Shown one piece after another: positions 58,110 to 64,000 of a DNA stretch of 64,000 bases. The notes beneath the pieces are model-generated. The model saw only the letters and a program-made list of their open reading frames with translations. It ran no database searches and was not told where the DNA came from. Position numbers and translations under genes: made by a program. Source of the DNA: an uncultured virus (IMG/VR IMGVR_UViG_3300020165_000015) (taxonomy: Duplodnaviria > Heunggongvirae > Uroviricota > Caudoviricetes); the IMG/VR virus record IMGVR_UViG_3300020165_000015; one strand, 5' to 3'. How positions within the stretch are numbered: position 1 is the stretch's first letter; the number at the start of each line of letters is the position of its first letter.

Positions 58110-59242
58110 AGTTGTATTATCCTTCCAGTTTCATCACAATGTGGTGTTTTATCTTGAGGTATGAATCCACCCCACTGAAAGATTTCTCTGAACTTCCATT
58201 CAAGTTCCATGAAGTTAAGTCCCATCTTATGATAGTCAAGAGAATCCGTAAATCTTCTTACACATTCTTCTATGAACCACTCGTATCTTGCAAATGTTTC
58301 TGCTCTATCAGACTTTAAAGTCATTGATGATGGGTTCTCAACATATCCATATAACATGATTGGTGATTGATACTTACCATAAAGTTTTAAACCATCCCAC
58401 AATATTCTGTGTAGACTATTCCCTTTCTCAAAACAATAACCTAACTCAGTTACATCTTTGTTTCTTGCTCCAGCCCATCCCTTTCCAAGTTTGTTAAGAA
58501 TTTCGTTTGCATATTTACCATCTAACGGTAGAATGTTTCTGTTCTTTCCTCTCTGTCTGTAGACCTTATATAGTAAACATGAAGTTGATAGTTCTTGAGT
58601 AGTACTCTCTGAACCATCGTCATTTACTTCTGTTACATCGACATAATTGACAATCTCTTCATCTGTCTTTAAACGCATACCATCATCTGTTGATGTGATT
58701 TGTTTTAAGAATGAGATTATCTCTTCTTCGACTTCTTGATTGATTGCATTTGCATCAATCGCTTCTACTACACCTCTAATGAAGTCAATATCTTTATTAG
58801 GTTTAGATGGTAGGTTAGTATTGTTACAAACATACTTAAATGCAATGTTGTCCTTTTGGACTGGTGCATCTTCATACACATCTACTAATAGATATTCCCA
58901 ACCACTTTCCGTTGCAGCTTTGAATCTGTTGAATCCACTTCTTAGAATGAAGTTTCCATCAGCAGCGACTTGTACAAATAATGGTTCTTCTGAATGTAAC
59001 CAACCTCTGTACTTGAATGAAGTTTTAATCTCAATAACATTTTGAGTGAGATTGATTTCTTCTCTCGGTTGCAATGGGTCGCCTGTAATAGGGTCAATGA
59101 TGTAAATCTTATCCTTGTGTACTACAAGTCTTTTCTTGAATTTACAAGTTTGATAAGTTTCTTTGGGTGGACATAGTTCTCGGGTGAGTTCTATATCGTA
59201 GCTCTTTTTTAAACCTGCGGACAGGTGTTGTTGTGTTGTCAT
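58106..59242 (-). CDS. protein with ParB/Srx-like N-terminal domain
   Basis: P.FV...FILRSGFNRFKAA (GxxR); AAGGAG SD. Confidence 0.6.
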   Translation of the reverse strand: MTTQQHLSAGLKKSYDIELTRELCPPKETYQTCKFKKRLVVHKDKIYIIDPITGDPLQPREEINLTQNVIEIKTSFKYRGWLHSEEPLFVQVAADGNFILRSGFNRFKAATESGWEYLLVDVYEDAPVQKDNIAFKYVCNNTNLPSKPNKDIDFIRGVVEAIDANAINQEVEEEIISFLKQITSTDDGMRLKTDEEIVNYVDVTEVNDDGSESTTQELSTSCLLYKVYRQRGKNRNILPLDGKYANEILNKLGKGWAGARNKDVTELGYCFEKGNSLHRILWDGLKLYGKYQSPIMLYGYVENPSSMTLKSDRAETFARYEWFIEECVRRFTDSLDYHKMGLNFMELEWKFREIFQWGGFIPQDKTPHCDETGRIIQL

Positions 59243-59325
59243 TTTTACTCCTTATCCCACGGGGATATGATTTGACGTTTGATGTCCAAAAGGAAACGTT
59301 CCAGTTGATACATTATTATTTAGGT

Positions 59326-60327
59326 CTAGAAAAAGCTGTCAAGTGAACCTTTCTCCTCATACTTTCCAGCATGAGGGCCGATAGGATTCTCAGTCTTTCC
59401 AGCTCTCCCTTTAGTTGCAACATGTTCATCACAATATGCAACACATGATAACCTTACTCCTTCACCAGTGATAGGTGATACACCGTGCAATTCATTTGAA
59501 TCTGCAATCAGTACGTCTCCATCATCTGCTTCAATAGCAATACCATATCTAGGGAAACATAAGTATGCACCCCCAAATTCTCCAATACGGAAGACACACA
59601 TAGTTGTCATTCCGAACTCTAAATCTTTACCATCCAAATGTGCAGACATCTTTGCAGTCCCACCAGTTGAATATTTGTTTGCAGATAACGCTGTCATAGG
59701 AGCTCCACCAATATGGTATTTCTCTTCTATACATTCATCTGCAAATGTTCTTTGCATCTTCCATATCTCGGGAACTGCAGTCTTTAATGCTTGTTCATTT
59801 ACTTGTGCAATCTGTTGAAGGGTTTCAAACTTTTCTTTGTTTGCTTTCTTATCCATCCAACCACTTGCCTTAATCATTCCTGTGAATCTGCCACGTTTAT
59901 ACCCGATTAGAACTGAATGAATCTCATTTGCTTCTGCAATACGATTGAACTCACCGTTCTTCTTTAATGGATAATAACTGTTTGGAGTTCTTAGGACATA
60001 GTCTTTACCTTCGATTAATCCTTTTGCTTTCATTTCTTCGTGGTCGATAGGCCCGGCTGCATTTGCTCTCATTGTAGATGTATCATCTATAGAGAACAAA
60101 GTGTCTTTAACTGTTCTATAAGTTTTACCTTTGTATGCTTTCTTTACTATACATGCAAGTAAAGTTTCCCCCATGAGTGTACCATGAGGTTTGTATATTT
60201 TAATAGTATCATCTTCTACACCAATGGATGAGATAACAGTGTCATAAGAATCTTCAGTAAGATACTTACCGTTCCATTTCTTAAATGTTTCTTTAAATCC
60301 TAAGTCTTTTGTTGCAGTGAATTCCAT
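59326..60327 (-). CDS. TET/JBP-family 2OG-Fe(II) dioxygenase
   Basis: SANK...AHLDGKD (HxD), GGAYLCFP, GDVLIAD..ELHGV, RLSCVAY (RxS); overlaps MTase gene. Confidence 0.85.
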   Translation of the reverse strand: MEFTATKDLGFKETFKKWNGKYLTEDSYDTVISSIGVEDDTIKIYKPHGTLMGETLLACIVKKAYKGKTYRTVKDTLFSIDDTSTMRANAAGPIDHEEMKAKGLIEGKDYVLRTPNSYYPLKKNGEFNRIAEANEIHSVLIGYKRGRFTGMIKASGWMDKKANKEKFETLQQIAQVNEQALKTAVPEIWKMQRTFADECIEEKYHIGGAPMTALSANKYSTGGTAKMSAHLDGKDLEFGMTTMCVFRIGEFGGAYLCFPRYGIAIEADDGDVLIADSNELHGVSPITGEGVRLSCVAYCDEHVATKGRAGKTENPIGPHAGKYEEKGSLDSFF

Positions 60328-61577
60328 GGTTCTAATATTTGTCCTTTGATGTTTTCAACTAAGTAGTACATACATAATGGTGCTACCATCAATCCAATTC
60401 TTGCACCCTTGTCGTTGTAATCACCAGTCATTTTATAATCATTTGGTAGAGTCATTAATCTCACCATTTCTTTTGGTGTGTAGATTCTCTTACCACCATG
60501 GTGGAAATGATTACCACCCATAAATTTTGGTTGACAACCCTGTTCAGTCAATGAGTGAGCTGGTAGATGTTTAGGAACAATTCTTGACATGTAGTAAGAA
60601 TGTTTTTCATCTTCGGGTTGTACGTGTCCGTTCTTAATCTGTTCTTGAAACCAAGGTTTAACAATATGGTCTCCAATAGAAACATATGCTTGATTGTCTC
60701 TCTCATGTAGTACAGGAGTAACTCCACCACATGGGCCACAATCCTTGAACTTCTCATCGGGATGTTGTTCGAAACCATTTACCCAATGTCCCTTTGAAGA
60801 TTCGTTCATTGCAGTTTCTAGATAAGCTGCATCCTTGATGTTCTCTTCATCGGTTTCTAAATCTTGAATTGCATCTTCAATGGATGCAAATTCTTTAACT
60901 GGGTCGGGGAAGACTGAAGACATACACATCCAAGGCATTCCAATACCTTCAAGTACATCATCACGTACACCAACCATGAATACTCTTTCTCTTTTTTGTG
61001 GAACACCATGTTCATGTCCCTTCATGATTTTCCAAGTCACTGAGTATCCTAGTGCTTCAAAATCATTTACCATCTTGTTTAGATGGTCTCTTGCATAGTC
61101 CATCGAGAGACCCTTCACGTTCTCACATACTATAACTTTAGGCATCAACCCTTCGGCAATCCTAATCATTTCCCATGTAAGGTCTTCGATGTTCTGTTGT
61201 TTCATACCATATGCCATCTTCTCTTGGTTCCATCCTTCTTTCTTGGAACCTGCCATAGAAAATGGTGGACAAGGTGGTGACCCATCCATGATATCTAATT
61301 CGTATTTTTTAAGTCCAGTCAGCTCCATGATTCCTTCTGCAGTGACTTCTTTGATGTCTCTACATTCATGAACTGTATTAGGGAAATTTTCTAGGTAGGT
61401 GTCGACATGAATCTGTTGAAATTCATTCATGTATTTTACATCACCACCAGCTAGTTTGTAACCACATGAAGAACCCCCACCACCAGCAAAGAAAGTAATG
61501 TAGTTAAACTGTTTACTTTCACTGTTTCGGTGAAGGTCTTCTAGGTTGTATTGAAAATATTTATTATCACTCATCAT
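60300..61577 (-). CDS. DNA (cytosine-5)-methyltransferase
   Basis: FAGGGG, GSPPC, ENV, QKRER, R..T..E..RL..LP; promoter at 61584-61613. Confidence 0.95.
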   Translation of the reverse strand: MMSDNKYFQYNLEDLHRNSESKQFNYITFFAGGGGSSCGYKLAGGDVKYMNEFQQIHVDTYLENFPNTVHECRDIKEVTAEGIMELTGLKKYELDIMDGSPPCPPFSMAGSKKEGWNQEKMAYGMKQQNIEDLTWEMIRIAEGLMPKVIVCENVKGLSMDYARDHLNKMVNDFEALGYSVTWKIMKGHEHGVPQKRERVFMVGVRDDVLEGIGMPWMCMSSVFPDPVKEFASIEDAIQDLETDEENIKDAAYLETAMNESSKGHWVNGFEQHPDEKFKDCGPCGGVTPVLHERDNQAYVSIGDHIVKPWFQEQIKNGHVQPEDEKHSYYMSRIVPKHLPAHSLTEQGCQPKFMGGNHFHHGGKRIYTPKEMVRLMTLPNDYKMTGDYNDKGARIGLMVAPLCMYYLVENIKGQILEPWNSLQQKT

Positions 61578-61621
61578 GACTCCATTATACTATATTTAGC
61601 ACAACGCTGTCAAGGTGTTTC

Positions 61622-62149
61622 TTAAAGATTTTCTAATACATTTTCGGGTGTTGAAACCTCGTAAGGGTCGGACTCAGCATTATCAGTGTAACCGTCTTCG
61701 ATAAAGATTTTTTCAATTACTCCATCGTTAACTACAGCTGCATATCTCCAAGACCTGTATCCGAAACCAAGATTTGATTTAGAACATTCTGCACCAATTA
61801 AGTGAGTGAACTCACCGTTACCATCGGGAAGAGGGTAAACATTTTTGATACCTAATGATTCGAACCATGAGTTCATTACGAATGTATCGTTAACTGATAC
61901 ACAGTAAATCTCATCAATACCTTTCTCTTGGAACTTCTCAAAGTTCTCATCAAAGCCAGGCAGTTGTTGAGTTGAACATGTTGGTGTAAATGCGCCAGGC
62001 AATCCAAATACAATCACTCTTTTACCAGCAAACTGTTGTTGGGTGTCTAGTGTTACAAATTCACCACCGACTCTCTGTGGTAGGATTACTTCGGGTACTC
62101 TAGTTTCCCCTTCAATAATTTCTAACCCCATTGTTACTTCTTCTGTCAT
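61622..62149 (-). CDS. peroxiredoxin (Prx5-like)
   Basis: LPGAFTPTCS, SVND.FVM, DGNGEF, RSWRY. Confidence 0.95.
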   Translation of the reverse strand: MTEEVTMGLEIIEGETRVPEVILPQRVGGEFVTLDTQQQFAGKRVIVFGLPGAFTPTCSTQQLPGFDENFEKFQEKGIDEIYCVSVNDTFVMNSWFESLGIKNVYPLPDGNGEFTHLIGAECSKSNLGFGYRSWRYAAVVNDGVIEKIFIEDGYTDNAESDPYEVSTPENVLENL

Positions 62150-62220
62150 AATAATCTATACTCCATTTTAATAGATACACCTATTATATTACAAACAGGT
62201 GTATCTGTATATAGGCTTTC

Positions 62221-62649
62221 TTATGAAATTTTGATTTCTTGAGGTTTATCTTCTTCGGGTATTACTCTCTCAAGTGATACGCTTAGAATACCATCCTTCA
62301 TGTCTGCACCTTTAACGACAATGTCGTCTGCTAGTGTAAACTTTCTAGTGAAATTTCTAGAAGAAAGTCCTTGATGGACGAACTCCCTTGCATTTCCTTG
62401 GTCTTTCTGATTACCCATAACGATAAGAACTTCTTTCTCTTTTGAGATTGAAATTTCTTTCTTATTGAATCCAGCAACTGCAAGTTCAATTTGGAAGTTT
62501 TCCTCATCTACTTTTACAATATTGTAAGGTGGATAGTTAGAATTAGATTGTACATCTGCACGTTCTAATAGTTGAAGAGTTCTGTCGAACCCGATTGCGA
62601 ATGGAAATTCTGTTGTGAATTTTCCGAAGACATCATTGAAATGTGTCAT
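62221..62649 (-). CDS. hsp20: small heat shock protein
   Basis: NYPPYNI, ELAVAGF, R.FTL, DGIL. Confidence 0.95.
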   Translation of the reverse strand: MTHFNDVFGKFTTEFPFAIGFDRTLQLLERADVQSNSNYPPYNIVKVDEENFQIELAVAGFNKKEISISKEKEVLIVMGNQKDQGNAREFVHQGLSSRNFTRKFTLADDIVVKGADMKDGILSVSLERVIPEEDKPQEIKIS

Positions 62650-62716
62650 AGTTTTCTCCTTATATTAAGCAAGTTATAATGTGTAACCTCTAATGAGCAT
62701 TACAATGGTATTTATA
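62650..62716 (-). promoter_or_regulatory. ROSE-like RNA thermometer leader of hsp20 with late promoter
   Basis: CTTGCTT-aatat-AAGGAG hairpin with bulged G over SD; upstream hairpin; TATAAATA at 62709-62716. Confidence 0.6.
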
Positions 62717-62764
62717 ACACCATACTACTATTATATGGGTTTTTTCTAAAATTTCAAGGGGTTT

Positions 62765-63358
62765 TTAGAATTTTCTGCATCTTTCTTTTGCATCTTTCAA
62801 TATATCAAGATTACTTGCAATCACCATAGACATTAAGAAGTTCATCTGATTCATAACGTATGGTGTTACCCTCTCATTTTTAATATCTGAGTTTATAGCA
62901 GGAATGAGAACTGCAATCTTAAATGCAAACATTTGTGGAACTGAAGGTGATTCACCAAGAAAAGGATTTAGTTCTTTGACACAACTGTATTTGAGACCAC
63001 GATATGTGGTATAGATATCTGCAAATTGAAGTGATATGAATGCAGCCCACTGAAGATTACTAGGTTGTTCAGATAGTGTAAACCACGACTGGTTCTGATT
63101 TTCCTTTAACTGTAATTGAATCAACTTTTGTGAATGTTCTGTTTGGACATTGGAGATAAGTTTCTTGTCCCAACAACACGTCCACCCCATCATAATTTCT
63201 TGTTTGTCCCTCAAGTCTAGCACCGAGGTTGACTGCATCTCCAATGACGGAATAGTCAAATCTAAGTTCTGACCCCATATTTCCAACGATGCACTCACCA
63301 GTATTAATCCCAATACCCACGTTAATGGGTGGAAGACCGAGTGGTTTGAGTTCTTCAT
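62765..63358 (-). CDS. membrane-associated hypothetical protein overlapping the cyclase gene
   Basis: LQFADIYTTYRG...ELNPFL motif; AAGGA SD before 63358. Confidence 0.6.
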   Translation of the reverse strand: MKNSNHSVFHPLTWVLGLILVSASLEIWGQNLDLTIPSLEMQSTSVLDLRDKQEIMMGWTCCWDKKLISNVQTEHSQKLIQLQLKENQNQSWFTLSEQPSNLQWAAFISLQFADIYTTYRGLKYSCVKELNPFLGESPSVPQMFAFKIAVLIPAINSDIKNERVTPYVMNQMNFLMSMVIASNLDILKDAKERCRKF

Positions 63359-64000
63359 TGAGTTCCTTGGTTGCTATTAGTATTTCTTCTGCAGACTTGA
63401 CTGCCATCTCGGCGTGGTCGGGACAATCTAAAGGTGCATTCCAAAAACTCATAATACAGTCGCCCATATACTTGTCGATAGTTCCATTATTATTTAGGAT
63501 TATCTTAGTCTGCATATCTAAGAACTTGTTAATTAGTTCTACCAATCCTTCGGGGTCGTCCTGTTTCATGTAGTGTTCGCTTATGGGTGTGAACCCACAG
63601 ATGTCCATAAACATGAAGGTAAGTTCCTTTCTATCTCCACCAAGCTTCAATTTTGATGGGTCTTTTTGGAGCTCTTCAATCATGTCGGGTGATAAATACT
63701 TTTGGAACTGCTTCTTAATTTGTTGTTTTTCTTGATATGTGATGTAGTATTTGTTGAAAGAAGCATGACCAAATACCACTAAGGAGGCAATCGATGAGAA
63801 AAAGGTATCGAAAAGAACGAGCTCTGAAGTCCAAATATAATAACTCCCGCCAATCTGGCATCCTACAAGCAATAGACTCCCTACCCCCGAGAGAAGTGTG
63901 GGAGCTTTGTAGACCAAACCCAATATCGTTATTAGGACTAACAGAAGAAGAACGGATTCTAAGGATTCAAGATAGTAGGATTGTTGTATTTGAACTCCTG
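63069..64000 (-). CDS. membrane-anchored class III adenylate cyclase (5' end outside window)
   Basis: Frame open to the window edge; TM helices, FMDICGFT, DKYMGDCIM, GIGINTG, DYSVIGDAVNLGARLE. Confidence 0.92.
   Translation of the reverse strand, partial: GVQIQQSYYLESLESVLLLLVLITILGLVYKAPTLLSGVGSLLLVGCQIGGSYYIWTSELVLFDTFFSSIASLVVFGHASFNKYYITYQEKQQIKKQFQKYLSPDMIEELQKDPSKLKLGGDRKELTFMFMDICGFTPISEHYMKQDDPEGLVELINKFLDMQTKIILNNNGTIDKYMGDCIMSFWNAPLDCPDHAEMAVKSAEEILIATKELNEELKPLGLPPINVGIGINTGECIVGNMGSELRFDYSVIGDAVNLGARLEGQTRNYDGVDVLLGQETYLQCPNRTFTKVDSITVKGKSEPVVVYTI

Noticed and set aside
58106..59242. Homing endonuclease inserted in the modification cluster
   Set aside because: No HNH, GIY-YIG or LAGLIDADG motif; only a ParB-like GxxR motif, though independent insertion is not excluded because it has its own SD and promoter-like sequence.
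21..63573. Plus-strand ORFs in the track other than 17490-18131
   Set aside because: Antisense shadows of well-supported minus-strand genes with no recognisable motifs.
1..64000. CRISPR array or other long regularly spaced repeat array
   Set aside because: None seen; the recurring CATTGTCAAGG words are dispersed -35 boxes and the 17214-17262 repeat has only two copies.
1..64000. Stop-codon reassignment or selenocysteine recoding
   Set aside because: Conserved genes are full length in the standard code and end in TAA, TAG or TGA; no suppressor tRNA.

Overview
This is a 64-kb segment of a large, AT-rich T4-like myovirus genome, probably from a marine phage of a Gram-negative heterotroph (spanin pair, TorF-type porin, E. 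coli-type class Ia NrdAB, no photosynthesis genes here). Nearly all genes are on the minus strand. It holds core T4 replication genes (gp43, UvsX, gp41, gp61, RNase H, NrdA/B, glutaredoxin), three tRNAs, auxiliary genes (IscA, IscU, peroxiredoxin, Hsp20, nine 2OG-Fe(II) oxygenase-like genes, radical SAM, split carbamoyltransferase, class III cyclase) and a block of probable head-packaged proteins. The strongest system candidate is a cytosine hypermodification cluster (C5-methyltransferase, TET/JBP dioxygenase, ParB-like protein, P-loop kinase; 57573-61577). It is matched by a window-wide footprint: by manual reading CCWGG, CCWGA and CCGG survive almost only where a GpC overlaps or abuts them, pointing to a bulky GpC modification that shields sites from restriction. 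Other candidates: capsid-targeting N-termini on enzymes, a ligase-like/nucleotidyltransferase/kinase module, widespread leaderless genes, several structured non-coding RNAs, a Pho-box-like array and a likely origin. All calls are from recognisable motifs by eye; no searches or counts were computed.
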